Part shown: positions 20,723 through 29,363 of the stretch, in pieces
How the letters are laid out: every line of letters starts with the position of its first letter
Position numbering within the stretch: the first letter of the stretch is position 1
Source: Oligoflexia bacterium
Lineage (GTDB): Bacteria; Bdellovibrionota; UBA1018
Direction: 5' to 3'
DNA: 64,000 nucleotides
Assembly: GCA_014376785.1 (NCBI GenBank)
Contig: JACMQW010000064.1
Coordinates: 14,966-78,965, forward strand
Notes under the pieces: model-generated
Told to the model about the DNA's origin: nothing
Seen by the model: the letters and a program-made list of their open reading frames with translations, nothing else
Database searches by the model: none
Made by a program: the position numbers and the translations under genes

Positions 20723-21106
20723 TTACTTTCCAACCGCGCAGGTGAAGGTCCGCGGCGATGTTTTTCCCACTCTCACCGACGCAGTGACGGTCTTCGGGTC
20801 GAGTTGGGTGAGCTTGAAGTTCATCGTCCCCTTCACCACGACCGACATTCGAGCATTCGCGCCGACTTTGTGCCCGATGACGATTCCCTCGATGAGCTCC
20901 TCAGTGGAATCCGTGACTCGGTAATAGCGATCCACTTCTCCCGACTCCCGCGTGCGCACCACTTCAGTGTCGAGAAGGGAAACCACCAACTTTTCTTTTT
21001 TTGACCCATTGGAGATACAGTCGTAGCTCGAGTTCCAAGCGTAGGCCTCCGAAGTCAATAGCAGCGCAAATAGACTGAAAATGACTTTTTGATTCAGATT
21101 TTTCAT
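20723..21106 (-). CDS. hypothetical secreted protein
   Basis: 127-aa ORF with an N-terminal signal peptide (VIFSLFALLLTSEAYA). Confidence 0.5.
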   Translation of the reverse strand: MKNLNQKVIFSLFALLLTSEAYAWNSSYDCISNGSKKEKLVVSLLDTEVVRTRESGEVDRYYRVTDSTEELIEGIVIGHKVGANARMSVVVKGTMNFKLTQLDPKTVTASVRVGKTSPRTFTCAVGK

Positions 21107-21151
21107 TCGAATTTCCGTTCTCCTTCATTTTTAAAATAGGTTTTTTCGCCG

Positions 21152-21859
21152 TTAATCTAGCGAGGGCTCCGAATACTCTCGTCCGAGTTCTCGGGCGAGT
21201 TCTCGCAGGTAAACGCGCATGAATTCCACTCGCTTCGCGCCTTCTTCCCGGCCGGCACGGGTTCGAAGGGTCGTGGCGGTGCGGAAAAGCTTAATGAAAA
21301 AATGATCAGTCGTGTTTTCCAAGTCATCGAGCTGCCGTCCACGCGCACCGAATGGATCCTCAGGCTCATAGATTCTTCGGCGAAGCAGCCCCCCCACGGA
21401 GAAAACTCGCGCAATTCCGATGGCTCCGAGCCCGTCGAGGCGATCCGCGTCCTGCACGATGGCCGCTTCGATCGAATTCGCCTCTATTTTTGCAGAAAAA
21501 CTATGGGCTTCGATCGCATGACGAATCTCCGGCAAAAAAACTTCCGGATAGCCAATGGAGCGAAGGAAAGTATCTGCTTCTACTCCGGATAACCGAGAAG
21601 CCTGGGACCGACGGGGATCATTTTTCGGGACATTCACGAGGTCATGAAGCCACGCGGCCGGAATCACCACTTCAAGTTTTGCATTTTCGCTTAAAGCGAG
21701 TTGCCTGGCCGTGCTCACCACCCGTATAAAGTGGGCATGGTCGTGGGCGGGATCATTTCCTCCGCCGAAATGCGCCGCTTCTACGGCAGAAACTTCTCGA
21801 ATCTTTGCCTCGAATAGGGCTTCCCATTCGATTAGGCTCTTTTGTACGGGGGCTATCAT
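21152..21859 (-). CDS. HD-domain metal-dependent phosphohydrolase
   Basis: H…HD…D spacing (AHDHAHFIRV … AAWLHD … DADRLD). Confidence 0.75.
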   Translation of the reverse strand: MIAPVQKSLIEWEALFEAKIREVSAVEAAHFGGGNDPAHDHAHFIRVVSTARQLALSENAKLEVVIPAAWLHDLVNVPKNDPRRSQASRLSGVEADTFLRSIGYPEVFLPEIRHAIEAHSFSAKIEANSIEAAIVQDADRLDGLGAIGIARVFSVGGLLRRRIYEPEDPFGARGRQLDDLENTTDHFFIKLFRTATTLRTRAGREEGAKRVEFMRVYLRELARELGREYSEPSLD

Positions 21860-21914
21860 TTTTTCACCTAAAGTCCGTTTGTCTCTGCGGAGTTCTTCGG
21901 TAAGAGTGGAGTCT

Positions 21915-22367
21915 GTGAAGAATCCTCGTCAATCCGAAATCGTCGCTTTTTTCTCTTTGCTCGCCTTATTCACCGGGATCATCGGTTCGGGGTGCGAACC
22001 GGAAGAGCTTTCCCGCCAGGCCGGCGGTAAATGCGAAGCTGGCTCCGCCCAAATCGCCATCTGGGATGGATTCTTACAAAGAGTCTGCGGCTGCGGCGGT
22101 ACGGATGGAGAAATCTTTACCCCCCCTACTCCGCTGACCTGCACCTTCAAACTAGGCCAAACCGTGGTCGTGAATTACCAAGGCCCCGTTCTTACCCATC
22201 AGATCATTCCGGTTGGTTCTCCCGGCATTCCCGAGGGGCCGCTTTACGACCCGAATTCAAGTAACCGCATCTACAGTCATGCGTTTACCCTCACCGCTAC
22301 GGGCAACTATCTGTTCAAAGACCAATTTAACAGTAATTTGACCGGAAGTTTTATCGTCACGCCTTAA
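21915..22367 (+). CDS. hypothetical lipoprotein
   Basis: GTG start, lipobox (GIIGSGC), and a beta-rich C-terminal region. There is no copper-ligand set, so it is not a blue-copper protein. Confidence 0.4.
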   Translation: MKNPRQSEIVAFFSLLALFTGIIGSGCEPEELSRQAGGKCEAGSAQIAIWDGFLQRVCGCGGTDGEIFTPPTPLTCTFKLGQTVVVNYQGPVLTHQIIPVGSPGIPEGPLYDPNSSNRIYSHAFTLTATGNYLFKDQFNSNLTGSFIVTP

Positions 22368-22474
22368 GTAAAAATCGAACCCGGCAAACGATTCCCGTTA
22401 AAGTCTCTTACCTTCCACCGATAAGCCCTATGTCAGCAAAGACTGACTAACTCGGAACCATGGAGGGTATACGA

Positions 22475-22711
22475 ATGACCAAGAAAAACTCGATCAAGAT
22501 CCAGAACCTCAATAACAGCGAAGACCAAAATGCTTTGGTTGATGTCCTTTATCAAAAAATGGGCGATCGCTGGTATGCGTTCTCGATGGTTGGCGAAGAG
22601 GTCTTCGTAGGCTCTGTTTCCGAATCTGAAATCAACCAAGCCGCTTCCGAAGAAATGTCGATCGAGACGGTTCTCGTCGAAGCGCCCCATGCAATGAATG
22701 AAGTCGCCTAA
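22475..22711 (+). CDS. small acidic hypothetical protein (78 aa)
   Basis: GGAGGG ribosome-binding site 7 nt upstream of the ATG. An alternative ORF on the opposite strand (22433..22690) lacks a ribosome-binding site. Confidence 0.35.
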   Translation: MTKKNSIKIQNLNNSEDQNALVDVLYQKMGDRWYAFSMVGEEVFVGSVSESEINQAASEEMSIETVLVEAPHAMNEVA

Positions 22712-22928
22712 AAACCTAAAAAATTCACACCCAACGCCCAGCGATCTTCGTAATCAGGACCCAAAAGTCCTGCATGCGGAGATCGCTTTTTTACGTCAAA
22801 AAATCGCCGAAAAAATCGAAACCTCTCCGCACAAAGCCGCGGTCATCGTGGCCGACTTTCTTCAGCGTCCTTCCGCTGCAAGCAATCCAAAAGTCGCTCC
22901 TTCCACCCGAGTAAAAAAAGTGGGTTAA
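22698..22928 (+). CDS. small basic hypothetical protein (76 aa)
   Basis: Its ATG overlaps the upstream ORF stop by 14 nt, making an acidic/basic pair. No family was recognised. Confidence 0.3.
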   Translation: MKSPKNLKNSHPTPSDLRNQDPKVLHAEIAFLRQKIAEKIETSPHKAAVIVADFLQRPSAASNPKVAPSTRVKKVG

Positions 22929-23006
22929 CTCCCTTTTCATTTTCCACTCGCCCCTGGTAGACTCGTAGCAGCAAGATGCTACCTGTACACTCCCGCTATT
23001 GAGGGA

Positions 23007-23321
23007 TTGCACAGACACTCACCCAGGATGGTTCCGATGTCTTTTCTCGCACGACTTTACAAACCCTTCGTTTTCACTTTTTTCTTTGTCGCCATGGCGG
23101 CATTCGCCACCACGGAAAAAGGCGAGTCCCCTTTTCAGGGAAATCGCCGTCCGGGAATTTTATTAGAGGCTACCGACCGCCCTAGCGGCGAAAATGCGGG
23201 AATCGTTGAAAGCATGGAACCCATTGCACCGAATGAACTTTTGGATCTTCTCAACGAAGAACCAAAAGTTTCCGTACTTTCTTCGGATGCCGAAAAAGCA
23301 CCGTCCGATTCCGTCGATTAG
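23007..23321 (+). CDS. small secreted hypothetical protein
   Basis: Signal-peptide-like segment (FVFTFFFVAMAAFA). Confidence 0.4.
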   Translation: MHRHSPRMVPMSFLARLYKPFVFTFFFVAMAAFATTEKGESPFQGNRRPGILLEATDRPSGENAGIVESMEPIAPNELLDLLNEEPKVSVLSSDAEKAPSDSVD

Positions 23322-23911
23322 ACGAAAAATACGTTTACGTCGCCTTTGTCTTTTTGAGAGACGTTTCCATACGCTTTCAAAAATTTCACAAACGCTTGGT
23401 AGGCTTCGAAAGTGGACGTGCTTGGATCGACGGCACAACCGTAACGTGTGTAACGAGTGCCAGCTTGAACCGCAGGCCTCGTATTTTGCACGCTGACATG
23501 CACCTGCAAAAAAGACTCTTGGTTAAAATAGAGCCGGATCGGGAAATTCTTTTCGGTAATGGGCGACGGCTTGTCGGAATTCACCGGCACTTGAAATCCA
23601 AGACCTTCATCGGAAACATCGACGACTTCGATCTGGTGCATGGAATTATTTCCAGTCATGCAGTAGACGCCCAGGAACTGATTCATGAAGACTCGCTCGG
23701 TTTTTCGGCGCTTATCTTCGAGGCGCTGAGTGCGAACCTCATTTAAGTCGATCACTCGACTCGTTTCATTCGTGTTCTCATTCGTCGGACGATTCGTATT
23801 TTTTCCAGCCATGGTGCATTTTCCTTCCAGATTACTCATCGGAAAGGACTTCAGGGGGCTAAACGGTTCAAAATTGCCGTGTTTGTCGCCTCGAAAAAGA
23901 ATCGTTGCCAA
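23318..23911 (-). CDS. PilZ-domain protein (putative c-di-GMP receptor)
   Basis: RxxxR-like motif (DKRRKTER) and D-x-S-x-G-x-G-like motif (DVSDEGLGF). The N-terminal 60 aa lie outside the PilZ domain and the start is uncertain. Confidence 0.65.
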   Translation of the reverse strand: MATILFRGDKHGNFEPFSPLKSFPMSNLEGKCTMAGKNTNRPTNENTNETSRVIDLNEVRTQRLEDKRRKTERVFMNQFLGVYCMTGNNSMHQIEVVDVSDEGLGFQVPVNSDKPSPITEKNFPIRLYFNQESFLQVHVSVQNTRPAVQAGTRYTRYGCAVDPSTSTFEAYQAFVKFLKAYGNVSQKDKGDVNVFFV

Positions 23912-24001
23912 TTCATTGACATAAGCGAACCGATCCCTGGGTCCTCTCAGACCTATCGGATGGCCACCTGTGAAATGAAGGAAAAAGTGAGTGACTAAAT
24001 T

Positions 24002-24403
24002 TTACTCGCCAACCGAATCGAATTGGACGATTTCGGAAAGGCGATCCACCATATCAAGCACTGCGCAGAGGCCTTCGTGCTCAGGGGTGCCAGTTACCGT
24101 AAACTCTGCACCTACCCGGCGAATCACTTTAGAATCATCCACGCGCATCACCTTCACATGAAGGGGTAAGAAAAGGGTTTGATTCAAGTAGAACTGTAAA
24201 TCAAACGTCTCCCCAACTACGACCGGGAAGGCATCTTTCATTTCGCCGATGATATCGTAGTCAAAGCCTACCCCGGTATCGCTGAGATCAGCGACCCGCA
24301 AGCGATGGAATCCTTTTTTCGGAACAACGACGTAAAAAGAAAAAGATTCTAAGATCGGTCTTCGTTTGGAGCCGCGCCGATCAATTCCAGTTTTTTCAAC
24401 CAT
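24002..24403 (-). CDS. PilZ-domain protein (putative c-di-GMP receptor)
   Basis: RRGSKRR and DLSDTGVGF motifs. The start was set at MVEK with a GGAGG ribosome-binding site 8 nt upstream. It overlaps the upstream gene stop (ATGgtTGA). Confidence 0.7.
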   Translation of the reverse strand: MVEKTGIDRRGSKRRPILESFSFYVVVPKKGFHRLRVADLSDTGVGFDYDIIGEMKDAFPVVVGETFDLQFYLNQTLFLPLHVKVMRVDDSKVIRRVGAEFTVTGTPEHEGLCAVLDMVDRLSEIVQFDSVGE

Positions 24404-25991
24404 TAGGTTTTCCTCCAGCGGATGGTGCGGGTGCGGACCTTCCCGCCTCCGGAGCGTTCGGCTCGGTGATAGTGACATGCCCAGGTAGTCCAGTTACCGC
24501 GTGGGCCGGTGAAGCCAGCCCTCGTTCAATCGCTGATTTCCAACGATTTTTCCGTAGTTCGAATTGGTTTCTCGAATCGACCACTTCGGGTTCTAACTGA
24601 GCCGCGTTCGCATTGGTTGTGAAAAGCTTTTCTTGTGCAGAGTGCAAATCAGAAAGAATTTTTTCCACAACGATAAACTCCGATACGAGGTTTCCGTGGA
24701 AATAGTTCTCTTTGGTCTGCTCAGCCGAAAGCCCGGCGTATTTTTGCATGATTTGGGCTTGGATCGGACGCCATGTTCGATTCATGTCATTCCAAGCCTG
24801 TTTTTGTTTTGGACCGATCGGCTGACGCTTCAATCGATCATAAGTGGAAATAGACACCAGCGCCTGGCTCTCTAGTGTAGCCGCAGCTTGGGAGAGCTCC
24901 ATCAGTTCACTCTTCGCTTTCGCCACCAGACCGTCGTGAAATTCCTTAAGACGCTGTTCGTAAGTCGCATCCTTCGTCCCAAAGAAAATGCGCTTCGTCA
25001 GCACGAGACGTCTTTCCTGAGGTAAATGATTCGGTAAAGTCCGAGCGATCGGCGCAAGCTGGAGCAGCTCTTTATAAACAAGGTCGGGTTGCCCGGAAGG
25101 AGCCTCCATCACGTAGATGTCATACTCGCCACGAGGAATGGGCTTTCCGTCCGGATACCGAAGTGCTGCCGACTTCCCGAGGTGCTTCAACATCTCGACA
25201 TCTAATTTTCCACTGAAGGAGAGGGTGTTTAAAATGCGGTGGCCTACCCCTTCGACGTAAATCTCAAAGCGCGCTCCATCGGGAAGATTAGATGCCACGT
25301 AAAACAAAGGAGAAAGTGGATCTGCTTTTGAAAGTGCGATCGAAACCTGAGGACCATTCGATAGGGGAGTTTTGACTGCTTTCCGCAGCTCCTCGTACTC
25401 TGGCGGAGCGACGTCTGGCAATTCCGGTAACGTCGACAAAAGCGAACCTAAGCGATTCTCGATTTCACGAAGCGCGCCTGCCTTTTGAAGCGCAACGATA
25501 CAAAAGAGAATGACAATGGCATACACTAGGGGCTTTAGCTTTTTCGGTATAAACGGAGTCTTCTCTATCGCTGCTCTTTCTGAAGGCCGAGAGGAAGTCG
25601 TGCTCTTCAGTTCCGCGGGACGGAGCATTTCAGCGCGCGTCGCGTCCTCCAAGTTTTTAATCTCGATGATCGACGTGAGGCCAGTGCTAGTCGGTTCCCG
25701 AGCTTCGAGCACCGGACCTGTCTCAACTGCCATTGGCGAATACGTTTCCAGAATCGGCGAAATGGGCGACGCCGTGACCGGAGTAAAGGTGGGTTCGGAT
25801 TGGACAGGTAACGGTGTTTCTCGGTTGAAATCCGGAAGGTCGGCCAAAGGGGCCCAGTCCTTCATTCCATCTGACCACACGAATGCTGTTCGGGAGAAAC
25901 GACCTGCGCCCAACCCTTCGGTGACTTCTTCGACCGAGAATGGACCTTCATGATGGTCCCCAACATAGATAAACCACTTTTTTTCAGACAT
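24396..25991 (-). CDS. GYF-like (DUF4339) domain membrane protein
   Basis: N-terminal MSEKKWFIYVGDHHEGPFSVEEV (GYF_2/DUF4339-like), one TM helix, then an uncharacterised periplasmic or cytoplasmic region. Confidence 0.7.
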   Translation of the reverse strand: MSEKKWFIYVGDHHEGPFSVEEVTEGLGAGRFSRTAFVWSDGMKDWAPLADLPDFNRETPLPVQSEPTFTPVTASPISPILETYSPMAVETGPVLEAREPTSTGLTSIIEIKNLEDATRAEMLRPAELKSTTSSRPSERAAIEKTPFIPKKLKPLVYAIVILFCIVALQKAGALREIENRLGSLLSTLPELPDVAPPEYEELRKAVKTPLSNGPQVSIALSKADPLSPLFYVASNLPDGARFEIYVEGVGHRILNTLSFSGKLDVEMLKHLGKSAALRYPDGKPIPRGEYDIYVMEAPSGQPDLVYKELLQLAPIARTLPNHLPQERRLVLTKRIFFGTKDATYEQRLKEFHDGLVAKAKSELMELSQAAATLESQALVSISTYDRLKRQPIGPKQKQAWNDMNRTWRPIQAQIMQKYAGLSAEQTKENYFHGNLVSEFIVVEKILSDLHSAQEKLFTTNANAAQLEPEVVDSRNQFELRKNRWKSAIERGLASPAHAVTGLPGHVTITEPNAPEAGRSAPAPSAGGKPNG

Positions 25992-26068
25992 GCGGCGCGG
26001 TTTCCATCCCACTCGGGGGTTCTACTGACTCGAGCATTAGAGTAACCTTAATCCTAAGGGAATCATGC

Positions 26069-26932
26069 ATGGGATTCAAATGGAGCCTCGTTTCAATACC
26101 GGATCATTTAGGCGTAGAAAACGTGGGAGGGCGCATTGGCGCAGCCCTAGGTCCCCGCGCCTTTTGGGAAATCTTCCAAAAAATGGGCGGTCATCGTCCC
26201 GATGAACGGGCGATTCTCGGCAGCCTTACTCGCCATCATACGCTCGATCCTGTGAAAACGGATATCTCAGCGAATCATGATGCGGCGTCGGAACTGGTTG
26301 CTGAAGCGGCTCGCGAGGGAGGGCGTTCGATCGTCATCGGGGGTGGCCACGACCATGGATATTCGCACCTCTTGGGAATCCGGAAGTGGCTCGGTCCAGA
26401 AGCTCGCATCGGATGCGTCAATATTGACGCTCACCTTGATGTTCGAAAGCCCTCTCCCAAAATTTCAAGCGGATGTCCTTTCTACCTCGCGTTAGAAAAT
26501 CAAATTATTCAACCGAAAGACTTGATCGAATTCGGCATTCAAACCCACTGTAATTCTCCTGAGCTGTGGCAATATGCGCATGAACGTCAGATTCAGGTAA
26601 AACTCTGGAAGGACATGAGAAACGGGAAAGCTACGGAACTCTTTCGGGAAAGTTTGGAAAAACTAGAGCGTCAGGTGGACGCAATTGTGATTAGTCTGGA
26701 TCTGGATTCAACCGCTGAATCATTCGCTCCCGGTGTCTCTGCGCCTCAATCGGAAGGTTTTACTTCTACAGAGCTCGTCGAACTCTGTGAGATCGCAGGT
26801 GGGAATGAAAAAGTATTTTCTTTGGGAGTGTTCGAATTGAACCCTCTTCACGACGTCGGCGGACGGACCGCACGCTTAGCAGCTACGGCAGTTTTTCATT
26901 ATTTGGAGTCGGCTCGGGATATTCGAGTTTGA
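26069..26932 (+). CDS. arginase-family metallohydrolase (formimidoylglutamase/agmatinase-like)
   Basis: DAHLD and SLDLD metal-binding motifs and a GGGHDHG variant of GGDHS. Confidence 0.8.
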   Translation: MGFKWSLVSIPDHLGVENVGGRIGAALGPRAFWEIFQKMGGHRPDERAILGSLTRHHTLDPVKTDISANHDAASELVAEAAREGGRSIVIGGGHDHGYSHLLGIRKWLGPEARIGCVNIDAHLDVRKPSPKISSGCPFYLALENQIIQPKDLIEFGIQTHCNSPELWQYAHERQIQVKLWKDMRNGKATELFRESLEKLERQVDAIVISLDLDSTAESFAPGVSAPQSEGFTSTELVELCEIAGGNEKVFSLGVFELNPLHDVGGRTARLAATAVFHYLESARDIRV

Positions 26933-26997
26933 ATTTATCTTCTTATCATCGTAATTAAACGAATTGAATGGGGATCCAGAATGGTGTTTCGTAGAGC

Positions 26998-27744
26998 TTG
27001 CGAGCGAGACCTGTCAACAATATGCTGAATAGCATGGTGCTGAGTGCCGGTGGAGTGGCAGAAATTATGACTCATTTATGGGTGCTTGAAGACGACGAAG
27101 ACGCGATCATACTTTATCAAAAAATGTTTCAATCGGGATTCGAAGCAGAGTATTTCAAATCATTGAATGATCTGCGTTCTGCTATTACGGTGAATGGGCG
27201 AAGACCTGAGCTCCTGATCGCGGATTTGCACCTTCCGGATGGAGAGTTCACTACCCTCCTCGGCGGGGATTCCGCGGCACTCGATATGCCCTTTGCCGTC
27301 GTTTCCGCCTCGGACGACTACAAAATCCTTCAAGACTGCTTTAAGAAGGGCGCCCGCGACTTTTTCGTTAAACCAGTGAATCGGAACGAGATTCTTTTCA
27401 AGATCAACCGCATTTTAAACGAAAAAAGTCAGCCTGCCTCAGCCCTCTCAAAACCCCAGTTCAAAGACCTGACCTTAGACACATTCACCCAGACCGTCTC
27501 TCGGGAAAACAGTAAAAAAGTCATTCAGCTGACCCAAACTGAGTATAAAATTTTAGCCCTCTTTTTTAGAAATCCCGATCGTCGACTGAACCGTGAAGAA
27601 ATCATCGGCGAAGTCTGGAAGAGTGAAGCCCTCAGCCCAAAAGCATTCGATTTCCACTTATCGAAACTGCGAGAAAAACTAAGAGACCTCACGGTGAAAA
27701 TTAACTACCAAACGAACGAAGGCTACTGCCTCCTTCAAGAATAA
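26998..27744 (+). CDS. OmpR-type DNA-binding response regulator (atypical receiver)
   Basis: Receiver-like N-terminus (LIADLHLPDG) and a winged-helix C-terminus (LTQTEYKILALFFRNPDRRLNREEI). The start may be at 27067. Confidence 0.7.
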   Translation: MRARPVNNMLNSMVLSAGGVAEIMTHLWVLEDDEDAIILYQKMFQSGFEAEYFKSLNDLRSAITVNGRRPELLIADLHLPDGEFTTLLGGDSAALDMPFAVVSASDDYKILQDCFKKGARDFFVKPVNRNEILFKINRILNEKSQPASALSKPQFKDLTLDTFTQTVSRENSKKVIQLTQTEYKILALFFRNPDRRLNREEIIGEVWKSEALSPKAFDFHLSKLREKLRDLTVKINYQTNEGYCLLQE

Positions 27745-27857
27745 TAGAAATCGGCTCCAAGCTCACCTGGACACAAACGAGACTATAAAAACCCGGAATC
27801 TCGTCACGGTTCCGGGTTTTCCTTTTCGATCCACGCGAGAGCCGATATTTTTTAAGC

Positions 27858-29363
27858 ATGAAAACCTACCTGCTTGCGATTGACGAAGGCACCACCGGAA
27901 CGACCGCTGTCATCATGGACGAAGCCCTCCAGCTGATCGCGGAAGCCTCCATCGACTTTCCGCAGCACTTTCCCCAGCCGGGTTGGGTCGAACACGATCC
28001 GAATGAAATTTGGAAAGCGGTTTCAGAAAGTGTCAGCCAGGCATTAAAAAAAGCGGATTTGAAGGGAAGCGCGATCGCTGCCATAGGAATCACAAACCAG
28101 CGGGAGACCCTTGTATTCTGGGATAAATTAACCGGTAAGACCCTTTCGAATGCCATTGTTTGGCAAGACCGCCGGACTGCTGAACTTTGCGAATCCTTAA
28201 AAAGTCAGTCCCTTGAAAAAGTCTTTTCGAAAGCCACCGGCTTGCTTCTCGATCCTTATTTCTCTGGAACAAAGGCAGCCTGGGCACTGGCAAACTGGCC
28301 CAATGTGAAAAAAGCGGAAAAAGATGGCCGACTCGCGGTGGGCACGATTGATTCATATTTAATTTCGAAACTCACCGGGAATTCCCGTCACGTCACCGAG
28401 CCATCGAATGCGTCGCGAACCCTTGCCTTTCACCTCGAGAAGCGTGCGTTTGACCTTGGGCTCTGCGCTGCGCTCGGAGTACCTCTCTCGATTTGGCCCG
28501 AGGTCATTCCTTCGAATGGTGCCTTCGGTACGACAAAAGGACTGAATTTCTTACCTGACGGCATTCCGATTACCGGTGCTTTAGGTGATCAGCAGGCGGC
28601 GCTTCTCGGGCAAGCTTGCACCCGGCCAGGCCGAGCGAAATGCACTTATGGAACAGGAGCTTTCCTGCTTATGAACACAGGATCTACTCCCGTGTATTCG
28701 AAACACCGCCTGCTCACCACGATTGCCTGGGCTCTCGGTGACCTTAAGGATGATAAAAACATCACTTACGCCCTGGAAGGTTCTACTTTTGTCGCAGGTG
28801 CCGCGGTCCAGTGGTTCCGAGACGGGCTGGGGCTGATCGAAAAAGCGTCTGACATCGAAGCGCTGGCTGCCACTGTGGAAACAAGCGAAGGGGTTACGTT
28901 CGTCCCTGCCCTCACCGGGCTCGGGGCTCCGCACTGGAGTCCGGATTCTACGGGCCTTTTTACAGGCATCACTCGAGGAACGAAAAAAAGTCACATGGCT
29001 CGCGCGGTTCTAGAAGGAATCGCGTTTCAAATTTCCGATCTTCTCGCAGCAATGCAACAGGATATCGGAAGGCCGCTTGAAAGCCTCAACGTGGACGGGG
29101 GAGCGGCAGAAAATAATATGCTCATGCAGTTCCAGGCCGACATTCTCGGAGTAAAATTAAAACGACCCCGCTACATCGAAACGACTTCGCTCGGTGCGAT
29201 TTTCGCCGCGGGGCTCGGTGCGGGAGTATGGACCGATCTCGCGGAGGTAGAAAAAAGCTGGAAACTCGGTCGCGAATTCGTTCCGAATTTTTCTCCTACA
29301 GAAAGAGGAAACGAAATCAACCGATGGAGAAATGCCGTCGCACGCGCACTCCTGCGGCCTTAG
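27858..29363 (+). CDS. glpK: glycerol kinase
   Basis: Full-length FGGY kinase with characteristic GlpK motifs (AIDEGTTGTTAV, GTSCFLLMNTG-like, GGAAENN). Confidence 0.95.
   Translation: MKTYLLAIDEGTTGTTAVIMDEALQLIAEASIDFPQHFPQPGWVEHDPNEIWKAVSESVSQALKKADLKGSAIAAIGITNQRETLVFWDKLTGKTLSNAIVWQDRRTAELCESLKSQSLEKVFSKATGLLLDPYFSGTKAAWALANWPNVKKAEKDGRLAVGTIDSYLISKLTGNSRHVTEPSNASRTLAFHLEKRAFDLGLCAALGVPLSIWPEVIPSNGAFGTTKGLNFLPDGIPITGALGDQQAALLGQACTRPGRAKCTYGTGAFLLMNTGSTPVYSKHRLLTTIAWALGDLKDDKNITYALEGSTFVAGAAVQWFRDGLGLIEKASDIEALAATVETSEGVTFVPALTGLGAPHWSPDSTGLFTGITRGTKKSHMARAVLEGIAFQISDLLAAMQQDIGRPLESLNVDGGAAENNMLMQFQADILGVKLKRPRYIETTSLGAIFAAGLGAGVWTDLAEVEKSWKLGREFVPNFSPTERGNEINRWRNAVARALLRP

Noticed and set aside
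20351-21106. Prophage or genomic island integrated at tRNA-Arg or tRNA-Lys
   Set aside because: No integrase, no direct repeat of the tRNA 3-prime end, and no phage structural genes near either tRNA. The flanks are ordinary chromosomal genes.
21915-22367. Blue-copper (cupredoxin) protein
   Set aside because: Beta-rich with a Cys near the N-terminal part of the fold, but it lacks the C-terminal Cys-x-x-His-x-x-Met ligand set.
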